DNA of 64,000 nucleotides from a bacterium (GCA_018698675.1 JABIPA010000059.1:15784-79783), one strand, 5' to 3'; positions 54,585 to 64,000 are shown, counted from the stretch's first letter. Notes: generated by a model from the sequence alone, not told the origin. Numbers and translations: made by a program.

Positions 54585-55196
54585 CTATTTCTTTTTTTTA
54601 ATGCTATTTTTATCTTTAATTTCTTCAAGAATTTCTTTATGTCGTCTTTTTTGACGCTCTTTATCCGATTCACCTTGTTTAAACATACTCTTTAAATTGG
54701 ATTCTTCTTGGTTCAATTGCTTCAATCTATGCCTTAAATGCTTAATTCGTGCCATGTTATCAAAAAATTCCTGCACAATTCCTTTTTCTTGTTGGTCGAG
54801 TTGTTCTACATCAATTTGACCTTCAAGTTTACCTAATTTATCCATTTTCTCTTCAAATTTGGACTTTTTACGCTCTGACTTCTTTTTGCGTTCAACTTCC
54901 TCTTCCGTCATCACTGCAGCCATTTCGGCAAGAAGTTCATTACGAACACCCTCTTTAGCTTCTTTTGCTACTTGAGCATTTTGACTGCCCGACTTGTCTT
55001 CGACTCCCAATTGTTTAGACGTCAATAAACTGACTTCAGAATCCATCAACTGCTCACCTTTAATCATGTCCTGCATAAAGGACTTTGTTTCCGCCAAATT
55101 TTCTTTAGCTTCAGCAACAAAAGACTGAACCGCTTGCTGTGAAGTAGCTGCTTGCTGTGATACCTGTTGATTTCCTTGAAGAGGTGCGATTGTCAT
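54585..55196 (-). CDS. hypothetical coiled-coil, K/E-rich protein
   Basis: 203 aa, with a Q-rich N-terminus and a highly charged helical remainder. Confidence 0.35.
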   Translation of the reverse strand: MTIAPLQGNQQVSQQAATSQQAVQSFVAEAKENLAETKSFMQDMIKGEQLMDSEVSLLTSKQLGVEDKSGSQNAQVAKEAKEGVRNELLAEMAAVMTEEEVERKKKSERKKSKFEEKMDKLGKLEGQIDVEQLDQQEKGIVQEFFDNMARIKHLRHRLKQLNQEESNLKSMFKQGESDKERQKRRHKEILEEIKDKNSIKKKK

Positions 55197-55338
55197 TTCA
55201 TACTCCTAGATTTGGGCTTGCATCAAAAATAAACCCTAATTAAAACACTTCATTATTAGTATACCCCAAATAGGGAATTTCTAACCATTTTTTCGATATT
55301 TAAAGCTAAATTCGACAGAATTATATATCTGACGTCCC

Positions 55339-56727
55339 CTATTTTCCGACACAAAATCTAGAAAAGATACCATCAAGAACTTCTTCTGTTAAATCATCCC
55401 CCGATACTTCTCCCAATTTTTGAACAACTGTTTTCAATTCAAACGAAATCAAGTCCTGCTCAAATCCCGATTTTATGCTTTTCAAAGCTAAAGATAGCCC
55501 GTTTTCAGCATCCTTTAAACACTGAATTTGCCGAATATTACACATAAAATCTAAAGTAACATCCGATTTTGGTTTCAAAAAAAAGTCGATCAACTCATCC
55601 TGTAAGTCCGTAAGTCCTTGATTTACCTTTGCTGACACCGACAGATGAGGAAATGATGTTAAAGACGATAATGTACTTAAATTCGCCCTCCTCTTTTTAT
55701 CTGATTTATTTAAAATCAAATATCCTCTTTTCTTTTTCGGAATCAGAGTCGCAATCGTTTCGTCTTCTTTGGTTAAAGGCGCCCCTCCATCAACAATCCA
55801 CAATATAACATTCGCTTTTTTTACCAAGCGTTTAATTTTTCTCATGCCCATATCTTCTATCTTGTCACCCTGAGACGCTCTAATTCCAGCGGTATCTATG
55901 AAGTTAAAAAGTCCGCCTCCAAGAGAAACACTACATTCAATATAATCCCTTGTTGTTCCAGGAATAGACGTCACAATCGCTCTATTCTCCCCCACAATTC
56001 GATTTAATAAGGAAGATTTCCCAACATTTGGTTTTCCCATAATTAAAACATTCACGCCTTCAGAAATCGTTTTACCAAAATCTTGCATTTTTAGAATACG
56101 ATGAATCTCTTTCCACGTTCCCTTTAGAAGAGTTATGAGCACATCTTGATTTAATTCCGGGACTTCTTCAGGGAAATCAATAGACCCCTCTATTTGTTCT
56201 ACTAATTTAATTAAACCGCTTCGCATTTCTGTTATCTTCTTATACAACTTTCCATTTAAGCGCTTTAAGGCAATATTTTTCGATAACTTATTTTTAGCAT
56301 GAATAATATCAATTACCGTTTCTGCCTTTACTAAGTCCATTTTTCCATGAATAAACGCCCTTCGTGTAAATTCTCCGGGCAAAGCCAATCGAGCCCCATT
56401 TTGAAGGCATTCAGAAACAACCTGTTGTAAGATAATGGGATTAGAATGGCATTGAAACTCGACGCAATCTTCCCCGGTGTAAGATTTGGGACCTTCAAAA
56501 TATAGAATGCATCCATCATCCAATTCAATGGAATCTTTAGTTGCGGTAATAGTTGCGTGGTATGCGGTTCTTGGTTTAATCGTATTTAAAGACGGACAAA
56601 GTCTGTGAAGAATATCTTTTGAAATGGGGCCTGACATTCTTACAATGCCTATGGCCCCCACTCCTAAGGGAGTTGCAATCCCTACAATTGTATCGAAATA
56701 ATTAGCCTTCGCTTCGTTGGAGGACAA
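55339..56727 (-). CDS. mnmE: tRNA uridine-5-carboxymethylaminomethyl modification GTPase MnmE
   Basis: 'FDTIVGIATPLGVGAIGIVRMSG' is present, the G1 motif is 'GKPNVGKSSLLN', and the protein ends in the C-terminal 'CVGK'. The start was placed at the in-frame TTG at 56727. The track ORF to 56784 would give an unusually long N-terminus and an 83-nt overlap with jag. Confidence 0.85.
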   Translation of the reverse strand: MSSNEAKANYFDTIVGIATPLGVGAIGIVRMSGPISKDILHRLCPSLNTIKPRTAYHATITATKDSIELDDGCILYFEGPKSYTGEDCVEFQCHSNPIILQQVVSECLQNGARLALPGEFTRRAFIHGKMDLVKAETVIDIIHAKNKLSKNIALKRLNGKLYKKITEMRSGLIKLVEQIEGSIDFPEEVPELNQDVLITLLKGTWKEIHRILKMQDFGKTISEGVNVLIMGKPNVGKSSLLNRIVGENRAIVTSIPGTTRDYIECSVSLGGGLFNFIDTAGIRASQGDKIEDMGMRKIKRLVKKANVILWIVDGGAPLTKEDETIATLIPKKKRGYLILNKSDKKRRANLSTLSSLTSFPHLSVSAKVNQGLTDLQDELIDFFLKPKSDVTLDFMCNIRQIQCLKDAENGLSLALKSIKSGFEQDLISFELKTVVQKLGEVSGDDLTEEVLDGIFSRFCVGK

Positions 56728-57316
56728 CTCGTCTGTCTCTTCCTTCTCCAGTGCTAAACGTACTGATTTTGTCGTCGCCTTCAAACATCATGTGAACTAA
56801 TTTTCTATCAGCAGCTCTCATTGGCTTCAACTCAACAGTATCACCCTTTTCAATTACATTTTTTGCTTGTTTCATAATTTGACTTTTCATTTGGTCTTTA
56901 CGACGGCGTCTATAATCACCAGCTTCTACGTAAATTCGAACAGATTGTTGAAATTTTCTGTATACCATACGTTTCAACAAAATTTGGAAAGCGTCCAATG
57001 TTGCTCCGTCTTTACCAATAATGCGTCCGATATCATCTACATTTTCAATTCCTAAATATAATTTATCTCCGTCACATTTAAGAAACTTTACAGTTCCTTT
57101 AAATCCTGCAAGGTCCAAAATCTCAGAAAGTTTATCTTGGCAAAAATCAAATACTTCTTCTGATATTTGACTGTTAGCTTCAAATGCAGGTGATTTTGGT
57201 GCGTCTGATTCTTTTTCTTTACCTAATGCATAATTGCGTTGTTCATCATCTTCCTTAGAAAATGGTTGTTGAAATGATTTAAAAAATCCAAAAATACCTT
57301 TTTTACTTTTTTCCAT
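56702..57316 (-). CDS. jag: Jag/KhpB-like RNA-binding protein (KH + R3H)
   Basis: The C-terminal R3H is 'LKPMRAADRKLVHMMFEGDDKISTFSTGEGRDRRVVL'. The gene sits between yidC and mnmE. Confidence 0.8.
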   Translation of the reverse strand: MEKSKKGIFGFFKSFQQPFSKEDDEQRNYALGKEKESDAPKSPAFEANSQISEEVFDFCQDKLSEILDLAGFKGTVKFLKCDGDKLYLGIENVDDIGRIIGKDGATLDAFQILLKRMVYRKFQQSVRIYVEAGDYRRRRKDQMKSQIMKQAKNVIEKGDTVELKPMRAADRKLVHMMFEGDDKISTFSTGEGRDRRVVLQRSEG

Positions 57317-57331
57317 AATAATGTTTCTCCT

Positions 57332-57994
57332 TTATGTTGTTTTTGGCGCAGGTTTTCTTTTTACAAAATAATATTGAATGCCTCCTGAAACGGCTTGGTT
57401 CAATGTCCAATATAATAAAACACCTACTGGCATGCTTAAACTCACAAAAAACATCATTATCGGCATAAAAATAGCCATCATTGCCATCATTTGTTTTTGA
57501 GCAGGATCTGTCACATATAGTTTTTGAGATAGATACGTCGTTGCAGCAATAAGAGCCGGTAAAATATACGTCGTGTCATTTTCGGCTAAATTAGGCCAAA
57601 TTAAAAAGCCTGGGTTTATTCCTTCAACAGTTAAAAGACTTAAAAAAGCATCACTTTTAATCGTATAAAATACTGCCAAAAAGAATGGTAACTGAACTAA
57701 GGCGGGTAAACAGCCTCCCAATGGGTTTGCATTATTCTCTTTCCATAATTTCATCATCTCTTGTTGAATTTTTTGTGGATTACCTTTGTATTTTTCTTGA
57801 AGGGCTTTTACTTTAGGCTGAAGCTTTTGAGTAATTTTCATTTTTTCAAACTGTTTTTTACTTAACGGAAAAAATATTATTTTAATAACTAGCGTTAAAA
57901 TAAGAATGGATACACCATAATTTGGATAAAAGTTGTAACACGACTCCAAAAAAGGAATCATTATGTTATCTACCATAGCTGTAATTGGATTCAT
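57332..57994 (-). CDS. yidC: YidC/Oxa1-family membrane protein insertase (short form)
   Basis: 'ILTLVIKIIFFPLSKKQFEKMKITQKLQPKVKALQEKY...MKLWKENNANPLGGCLPALVQLPFFLAVF' is present. Confidence 0.85.
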   Translation of the reverse strand: MNPITAMVDNIMIPFLESCYNFYPNYGVSILILTLVIKIIFFPLSKKQFEKMKITQKLQPKVKALQEKYKGNPQKIQQEMMKLWKENNANPLGGCLPALVQLPFFLAVFYTIKSDAFLSLLTVEGINPGFLIWPNLAENDTTYILPALIAATTYLSQKLYVTDPAQKQMMAMMAIFMPIMMFFVSLSMPVGVLLYWTLNQAVSGGIQYYFVKRKPAPKTT

Positions 57995-58207
57995 TTAATT
58001 ATTCTCCTCATCTACTCCCCCATTATGAAAGGGATGGCACTTACTCAATCTCTTTAACCCGTACCAAATACCAATAAAAACTGAATGTTTTTTTACAGAT
58101 TGAAGCATATATTCTGAACAAGAAGGATAAAAGCGGCATCTAGCTGGAAAAAATGGCGAAATACCCTGCTGATAACCTTTAATTAAAAAAATAACCAACG
58201 TTTTCAT
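57995..58207 (-). CDS. yidD: membrane protein insertion efficiency factor YidD
   Basis: 'ISPFFPARCRFYPSCSEYMLQSVKKHSVFIGIWYGLKRLSKCHPFHNGGVD' is present. Confidence 0.9.
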   Translation of the reverse strand: MKTLVIFLIKGYQQGISPFFPARCRFYPSCSEYMLQSVKKHSVFIGIWYGLKRLSKCHPFHNGGVDEENN

Positions 58208-58554
58208 CTTCGATTTCTTAACCTAGTTAAAAGATGAATAAATCCTTGTTCTAACTGTTGATAAGACAAAGTTCGTAACTCTCTCTTGGCAACAAATACT
58301 ACATCATAATCTGAGGGTAACAACCCCTGATTCGCTCGCACTAATTCTTTTAATCGTCTTTTTGACTTATTTCTAACAACCGCATTACCAATTCGTTTAC
58401 TTGCGACGAATGCGGCTTTTGATTCTTCAAAATATTTTTTTGCATACACAACCTTAACTTCGTAATTTTGAATCGCCTGACGATCTGAAAATATCGCCTG
58501 GAAATGCTTTTTTTTACGAATATGTCGTGATGAAGAAAATGTCTGCTTAGCGAT
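58204..58554 (-). CDS. rnpA: ribonuclease P protein component
   Basis: The track ORF (GTG start, 81 aa) contains 'SKRIGNAVVRNKSKRRLKE', the RnpA RNR motif. The same frame stays open upstream to just after rpmH, reading 'NIAKQTFSSSRHIRKKKHFQAIFSDRQAIQNYEVKVVYAKKY...'. This is RnpA N-terminal-like, but no ATG, GTG or TTG occurs there. The start is tentatively placed at the ATC at 58552-58554. Confidence 0.6.
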   Translation of the reverse strand: MAKQTFSSSRHIRKKKHFQAIFSDRQAIQNYEVKVVYAKKYFEESKAAFVASKRIGNAVVRNKSKRRLKELVRANQGLLPSDYDVVFVAKRELRTLSYQQLEQGFIHLLTRLRNRR

Positions 58555-58559
58555 GTTTC

Positions 58560-58694
58560 TTAAACGCTTAAGCTGTGTCTGCCTTTAGCTCGACGTTGAT
58601 TAATTACTCGTCGGCCACCAACAGTACGCATACGAATTCTAAATCCGTGAGTACGTTTTCTTTTTCTTTGATTTGGTTGAAATGTTCGTTTCAT
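58560..58694 (-). CDS. rpmH: 50S ribosomal protein L34
   Basis: Manual translation gives [44 protein letters not shown] (44 aa). It is absent from the ORF track. Confidence 0.95.
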   Translation of the reverse strand: MKRTFQPNQRKRKRTHGFRIRMRTVGGRRVINQRRAKGRHSLSV

Positions 58695-58781
58695 AGTCTT
58701 TTATCCTAAATATGTTTTTTTTCGAATTATATATACGAGATATTTCTTTGTCTAGCCCTTACCTGATCAAAAACTCAATTT

Positions 58782-59072
58782 TTACTTTATTAAAACGATC
58801 TTAATTGCGTGTAATCCTCGTTTAATAAAAGGGTCCAGCGACTGATAAATTAATCGATGAATTTGTACTTTTGTTTTCCCCGAAAATTTCTCAGACTGAA
58901 TTTTTATTGTTACATGGGATACTCCACCATCTCCATCATAATGGCCTGAGTGTAAGTGACTATCATCCTCGACAGAAAGTGTCTCTGGATTAAAATCTAT
59001 CGTTAATTGTTGGTCTAATTCTTTTACTGTAATCATTTGTTTACAGTAGCATTTCTTGAACGTTCTATCCAA
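58782..59072 (-). CDS. BolA-family protein
   Basis: 'LSVEDDSHLHSGHYDG...HVTIKIQSEKFSGKTKVQIHRLIYQSL...GLHAIKI' matches the BolA pattern. Confidence 0.7.
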   Translation of the reverse strand: MDRTFKKCYCKQMITVKELDQQLTIDFNPETLSVEDDSHLHSGHYDGDGGVSHVTIKIQSEKFSGKTKVQIHRLIYQSLDPFIKRGLHAIKIVLIK

Positions 59073-60429
59073 GAATGATAATTTATCACTAATGAAATCG
59101 ACAGCATCTTATAATCAACTCGCTAACGTAATAACCATTACTCGGATTCTAGGAGTAGGACTCATCTTTTGGTTAACCCCTTATACAACTAATTTCATGC
59201 AACTTTGTGCGATTTCTATTTACTCGGTTATTTGTTTTACGGATTTTTTAGATGGATGGGTCGCACGGAAGCTTAAAATTGTTTCTGATATTGGAAAAAT
59301 ACTAGACCCACTGGCAGACAAAATATTAGTTTTAGTTTTTTTACCTTTATTAGAGATGCAAATTATTACGTCATTCCCAGTTTTTATTATTCTTTCTCGC
59401 GAATTTGCGATTATGGCTTTACGAGTTGTTTCTGCAAAAAATGGAACCATTATTCCGGCAACAATCGCTGGGAAAATTAAAACAGCCTTTACGCTACCCG
59501 TTTGTGGAATACTACTTGCTCGAGTCCCCGTCGAAGTTGTGACTTTACCGTCATTTTTAAAGCCCCTCGAATACCTTCGTGTTTGGATAATGGCTTGGCC
59601 TGGATGGACTATTTCTGTATTAGTATGGGCGACAGTGCTCGTCACCATTTGGTCCTTCCTTGATTATTTTGGAAGTTTTATTTGGCAACAATACGTTCAA
59701 AAATTTTCAGGAGATCAAGTCAAGGCACGAAAGGCCCTTTTGTCCTTTATTCCAAATGGGTTTTCTTTAGCGAATTTATTCTGTGGACTGGCTTCAATTG
59801 GGTTTGCGTGGTTTCACAAATTCGATACAGTCGCTTTACTGGTATTGTTAGCTATGATTTTTGATGCAGTCGACGGTCCCTTGGCAAGGCGATTTGGAAC
59901 GGACTCTCAAATGGGAGCCGCATTGGATTCGAAAGCTGATTTCATTAGTTTTGGGGTCGCACCTGGACTAGCAATTACTATGATTCTTGACCTACCTAGT
60001 CCTTTTTTCTTTGTTAGTCTTCTCGCTGGGTTTTTATTTTATGCATCGGTTCATTTTAGATTAAAGCGCTTCAATTCATCTGGGCACACTGCATATTTTG
60101 AAGGACTACCATCTCCAGTGGGAGCAGGTGTTGTTATGATTGGATACGCATCATCTCTTTTTTCAAATGCGTGGGCATTTTTAGGGCTAAGCCTAATTGT
60201 TTCTATCTTGATGATTTCTAAGATTCCATATCCTCACAATGACGCGGTTAAAAATCATACATTTTTAAAGTACCTTCGTATCTCTACAGGAACTTTTTTG
60301 TTTTTGACTATTTTTAACCTACTTGGCGTTCCGTTTAGCGCGTCTTTTTATATTCCTGAAATATTATTTGGACTAACAACTCTTTACGTTATTTTCCCTG
60401 TACCCTCTTTAATTTTTGGAAAAAAATAG
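59056..60429 (+). CDS. tandem CDP-alcohol phosphatidyltransferase fusion (PgsA-like N-domain + PssA-like C-domain)
   Basis: There are two complete D-G-x2-A-R...G-x3-D-x3-D motifs: 'DFLDGWVARKLKIVSDIGKILDPLADKIL' in the N-half and 'DAVDGPLARRFGTDSQMGAALDSKADFISF' in the C-half. Each is surrounded by its own TM bundle. Confidence 0.7.
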   Translation: MNVLSKNDNLSLMKSTASYNQLANVITITRILGVGLIFWLTPYTTNFMQLCAISIYSVICFTDFLDGWVARKLKIVSDIGKILDPLADKILVLVFLPLLEMQIITSFPVFIILSREFAIMALRVVSAKNGTIIPATIAGKIKTAFTLPVCGILLARVPVEVVTLPSFLKPLEYLRVWIMAWPGWTISVLVWATVLVTIWSFLDYFGSFIWQQYVQKFSGDQVKARKALLSFIPNGFSLANLFCGLASIGFAWFHKFDTVALLVLLAMIFDAVDGPLARRFGTDSQMGAALDSKADFISFGVAPGLAITMILDLPSPFFFVSLLAGFLFYASVHFRLKRFNSSGHTAYFEGLPSPVGAGVVMIGYASSLFSNAWAFLGLSLIVSILMISKIPYPHNDAVKNHTFLKYLRISTGTFLFLTIFNLLGVPFSASFYIPEILFGLTTLYVIFPVPSLIFGKK

Positions 60430-60492
60430 GACCCTTTCCATCTAGCGACGTACTCTATCCTGCTTCAATAACCTATGAAATAAGTATATTTT

Positions 60493-61095
60493 TTAGCTAT
60501 CGATATCTGTCTTCAATTCCATCTTTTTAGAGTCTTTGTTATAAAAAAAAGCCCCCTCTTCGGTTCGCCCATTTGAATATTCTCGTACCCCAACCGATAA
60601 AACGTTTCCGACATTTTTAATAAACTCAAAAATACCCTGTCCTTTATAGGCTCGATCTTCCGCTAGTCGATTCCTCGAATCGCCAAGAATCTCGATAGAT
60701 CCCGATTGAAGTTCCATTTTTTTATTCACTAATACAAATGTACCTTTTCTTTCCGTTTTTCCTGGAATATGAAAGATTCCCTTTGATAAATAATGTATGT
60801 GAGTCTCTTTATCAACCGAAAAATCACCTTTTAAATACGTGCCTTTTCCAAGAAAAACAGTACCACTTTTGAGTACATTTTTTCTTAAAGTCTCTGAAAA
60901 CTCAAATACACCCTCATGTCTTTGTTCTTCATTACTAACATCCTCTTTAAAAGGAACTGTCTTCTTTGTCGTATTAGGAGAAAAACGTCCAAAAGGCCCG
61001 GTACTTGCGACTACTTTTTTCAACAAAAATACCTGTTTTTGACTTATTCTATTCATGATGACTCCTTTTCTTCTCAATTGAGATTTTTGAACCAA
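60493..61095 (-). CDS. MORN-repeat-like protein
   Basis: Repeated 'G.G.Y..GDF' units occur ('GKGTYLKGDFSVDK', 'GQGIFEF'). The protein is 200 aa. Confidence 0.4.
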   Translation of the reverse strand: MVQKSQLRRKGVIMNRISQKQVFLLKKVVASTGPFGRFSPNTTKKTVPFKEDVSNEEQRHEGVFEFSETLRKNVLKSGTVFLGKGTYLKGDFSVDKETHIHYLSKGIFHIPGKTERKGTFVLVNKKMELQSGSIEILGDSRNRLAEDRAYKGQGIFEFIKNVGNVLSVGVREYSNGRTEEGAFFYNKDSKKMELKTDIDS

Positions 61096-61406
61096 AAATT
61101 TTTTCTGAGTACAAAGAAAATACTCGATGTCATTTATAATTTAAAGAGGTGTATTTTTATTCGGAAACATCTAACGAAAAAATGGACATATAAGATTAAT
61201 TGTTAAACTTGAACCGTCCATCATATATTTATCCACCTACAAACCTTATTTTTCCTAATATGAAATTTAGTTTTTCGTCAATTCGTTACATTCAAAATTA
61301 CGTTCCAGACTGACTAAATGCCTCTAATCGATCTATTCCCTCAGTCTGACTACGATAACTGCTTTTGCTTAACAGACGCACGTTTTCTATTAATCATGAG
61401 CATCTA

Positions 61407-63458
61407 TTATTTTGATAAAACCATTTCTTTTCTATCCAAATCATATCGAAACTCACCATCTTCTACGCACCCACTTTTATATGACTTAATTCCGTTTAAT
61501 AAACTTATCCCATTAAGTTCTTTAACATATCCAAATGTCCCCACATATGTATCCCCATGTTTTGTTGTGATTATTCCATATTTAATATAGACATTATTCA
61601 GTTCTCGAACGTATTCAAAATCACCGTCATGATGGACACCCCCTACCACAGACAACGTTCCTTTTTTCAATTCAAGCGCTTTTCTTTCAATACTATATTC
61701 AAAAGAACCCTCTTGATCTGCATGAAACGGTTTTTTTCTAATCCCCTTTGTTAAAAGTAATTTTCCTGCGTCTGCGTTATATTTAAAATCGCCCTCAGAC
61801 GGCCCTCCTTTAGGATGAGTTAATTTTCCTTTAACCAACTCTGCTCTTTCCGTATATGAACAATATTCGTAATCTCCATCAAAAGAATAACCTTCCTTTT
61901 CAATTATATTTCCACCACGCTCATCATTTACTTTCAGCCTTTCCTGTTTAAGAATGTCAGCTGTTTTTTTTCGCTTTTGAATTATTGGATATATTTCAGA
62001 TAATTTTATATCTAACATATCTTCAGACTCTGGAACGATTTTTCTTGGATTCATTCGTTCTTCTTGTTTTCTTTCCTCTAAAATTCTCTCTCTCTCTATT
62101 TCATCTATATAAAAAATGTCAGACATGGTTTCCTCATTCGGTTGAGAAATGCGAAAAAGTCTTGAAACATATTTTTTGAACTGGCGAATATTATCTTTTA
62201 AAAAATGTTCTTTCTGTTTTTGAAGGGAGGACTCAAGCCCATATGATTCTATAGAAAATATTTTCTTTTCATATTCGATCTGTTCTTCTACATATCTATT
62301 TTCGACATCATCTTTATAAACAACATTCTTTTCAGACTTTGCTAAATACTTATCCACTCGTCTATGATGTCCAGATACTATTAAGTACTCCTGAGTTTCC
62401 ACGTTATATTCGTATTTACCATCAAAATATGAGCCGTCCATTAATATAGATGTTCCATTTATTAACTCTGAACCCTTCGTTTTTTCGTCGAAACGAAACG
62501 TACCAACATATTTATTTCCAAAGACATCAGCCTTTTTCCCAAATATTAATCTGGAAAAATCATAATCTGAATTGACATCGAACTCACCATTATAAAAAAT
62601 TTGATCAGACTCACTTTGACTCCCTCGTTCAAGTACACTAGAATTCTTTTTTTTAACCCACTTAAATGTCCCTGTTTCTCTAACTTTACGATGAACACTC
62701 ACTCTACTGCCTGATATTAAATGTGTGTCATCATTCTCTGCTGAGTACTCGAAAACTCCTTTTTCAATTTCGATGAAAGTTGATCTATATCCAGAAGTAA
62801 ACACATGTCTCTTTGCATCACTATTATAGGACCATATTCCTTCTTGTCTCATTCCAAATTGAGAAACGATCGTACCTTTCACTAAAACAAAGTCATTGGG
62901 TTCATTTCCATCTTTAGTGGGAGGAACGACAGACATATCTTCTCTATTTAACGAATTATTTACTTCAACAATACCTCTTCGCTTCGGTAATACATTCAAA
63001 GCCGTATCTATATAATATAGTCGTTTTCCAGATTTCGTCTCAAACTGCCAAACCGCCTTGTTATTAGTGCTTCCAACTAAAAATAACGTCCCTTTTGGAA
63101 CGACTTCATCAAAATAATAAATGTCTACAGACTCAACCCACTCATGGAACCGGATTTGAACATCAATAGGCACTTTGTTTACGTTAACATTTTGTAATTT
63201 ATTGCTTCTAAGACTTTTAAATGGTCTATTGAAGTAAAAACCACTCCTACGACCTTGAATCTTTTTTTTCTCCGAAACAACATTCTTTTTTGGAGGTGCC
63301 TCTAAAAAAGAAACCCCTTCACTAATCGTAGGTAATACAGTGCTGCTACTAAATTTTCCACGATTATTTGAACGTCGTGATGGACAATTTGCAACTGGCT
63401 TAAGTTTCGATATATTTTCGAAGGCAGCCTTAAGCTCATCACCTATCCCTGAAATCAC
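61407..63458 (-). CDS. MORN-repeat protein
   Basis: 683 aa with many 'YxGx(F/Y)...G...G.G' repeats ('YVGTFRFDEKTKGSELINGTSIL', 'GDTYVGTFGYVKELNGISLLNG', 'DGEFRYDLD'). There is a coiled-coil K/E-rich middle. Confidence 0.6.
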   Translation of the reverse strand: MISGIGDELKAAFENISKLKPVANCPSRRSNNRGKFSSSTVLPTISEGVSFLEAPPKKNVVSEKKKIQGRRSGFYFNRPFKSLRSNKLQNVNVNKVPIDVQIRFHEWVESVDIYYFDEVVPKGTLFLVGSTNNKAVWQFETKSGKRLYYIDTALNVLPKRRGIVEVNNSLNREDMSVVPPTKDGNEPNDFVLVKGTIVSQFGMRQEGIWSYNSDAKRHVFTSGYRSTFIEIEKGVFEYSAENDDTHLISGSRVSVHRKVRETGTFKWVKKKNSSVLERGSQSESDQIFYNGEFDVNSDYDFSRLIFGKKADVFGNKYVGTFRFDEKTKGSELINGTSILMDGSYFDGKYEYNVETQEYLIVSGHHRRVDKYLAKSEKNVVYKDDVENRYVEEQIEYEKKIFSIESYGLESSLQKQKEHFLKDNIRQFKKYVSRLFRISQPNEETMSDIFYIDEIERERILEERKQEERMNPRKIVPESEDMLDIKLSEIYPIIQKRKKTADILKQERLKVNDERGGNIIEKEGYSFDGDYEYCSYTERAELVKGKLTHPKGGPSEGDFKYNADAGKLLLTKGIRKKPFHADQEGSFEYSIERKALELKKGTLSVVGGVHHDGDFEYVRELNNVYIKYGIITTKHGDTYVGTFGYVKELNGISLLNGIKSYKSGCVEDGEFRYDLDRKEMVLSK

Positions 63459-63719
63459 TTTTTTTAAATATCTTTTATGTCCGATAAAAAAATCCCTTTA
63501 GGTTAAAATAGTTTCAATCTTTTTAATCAATTATCGATATTTTTTTAATACAATTTCATTTTTTGGATATTACATTGTAAAGATCTGTTTATTTGGAACT
63601 TTTTAAATGAAGAATCTACTTATTACTTATCTAAAAGATATATATAAAATAATTCTTAACTGAAAAACAAAGTATTTTTTAAGAATCTTAGTGTCTTGGC
63701 TATTTTATGACGGTTTAGA

Positions 63720-64000
63720 CTATATGATATCGATCAGGTGAGTGTATTCTTGAGTACTTCCAAACTCAATAATCTCTTTTATAACGCCAGATATCTCTCT
63801 AGTCCCTTCCTTTAGTCCCACACTAGATAACTCATCACTCCAGTCAAATTCGCCATCTTCAACTAATTGTGAATCGCATACCCCATCACCTGAAACTAAA
63901 CCCACTTCCTTTTTTCCAAAAGTAAGAAAATACTTTCCTAAATCTGGAAAATACTCAAATTCTCCGTCTTCAATCCCTTGTTTTGTTTGTTTGGAGCCAT
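63720..64000 (-). CDS. MORN-repeat protein (partial; 5' end beyond window)
   Basis: The open frame continues to the window edge ('...EDGEFEYFPDLGKYFLTFGKKEVGLVSGDGVCDSQLVEDGEFDW...'). Confidence 0.5.
   Translation of the reverse strand, partial: GSKQTKQGIEDGEFEYFPDLGKYFLTFGKKEVGLVSGDGVCDSQLVEDGEFDWSDELSSVGLKEGTREISGVIKEIIEFGSTQEYTHLIDII

Noticed and set aside
59220-59648. 142-aa minus-strand ORF.
   Set aside because: It lies fully inside the well-supported CDP-alcohol phosphatidyltransferase fusion gene on the opposite strand.
1-64000. Looked for CRISPR arrays, rRNA genes, IS elements and transposases.
   Set aside because: There are no regularly spaced direct repeats, no rRNA-like conserved stretches, and no transposase-like ORFs (DDE motifs or terminal inverted repeats).

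Overview
The window is AT-rich bacterial chromosome that most plausibly comes from an environmental Chlamydiae-type organism (Parachlamydiaceae-like). This is an inference, not a database result. It rests on a ytgABCD-like metal ABC operon with permease-wHTH fusions, a membrane-anchored RsbU-type phosphatase, Inc-like bilobed hydrophobic proteins, and ankyrin and MORN repeat proteins. Conserved housekeeping blocks are present and coding is dense on both strands. These include gatCAB, dnaE, sppA, ispF, trmH-family, the rpmH-rnpA-yidD-yidC-jag-mnmE cluster, bolA, a pgsA/pssA-like fusion, selO and ssb. No CRISPR array, rRNA or integrase was seen. The most interesting region is an accessory block at 10.7-20.0 kb next to a tRNA-Asp(GTC) gene on the minus strand at 19906..19983. 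A ~53-bp imperfect direct repeat of the tRNA 3' half plus ~10 flanking bp lies at 17425..17477 and 19898..19950. The two copies bracket a 2.4-kb integrase-less mini-island whose only gene is a 758-aa RloC/PrrC-like protein. That protein is an ABC ATPase with a coiled-coil insert and a CxxC zinc hook, plus a C-terminal candidate anticodon-nuclease domain. Immediately beyond the island lies a co-directional string of minus-strand genes. It includes a 940-aa Upf1/DNA2-like SF1 helicase with a possible N-terminal PD-(D/E)xK module (Nhi-like architecture), an ankyrin-TIKI/TraB fusion, and several hypotheticals. Other notable items follow. The ytg-like operon has wHTH tails on BOTH permeases, a separate DtxR-family regulator, a 22-bp perfect palindrome upstream, and an embedded outer-membrane beta-barrel gene. 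There is a Gtr-like glycosylation cluster with UDP-galactopyranose mutase. A secreted HExxH protease carries a C-terminal beta-barrel. A candidate translationally coupled chaperone/effector (or translocator-like) pair lies near the window start. An rpmH gene is absent from the ORF track, and rnpA lacks a canonical start codon.
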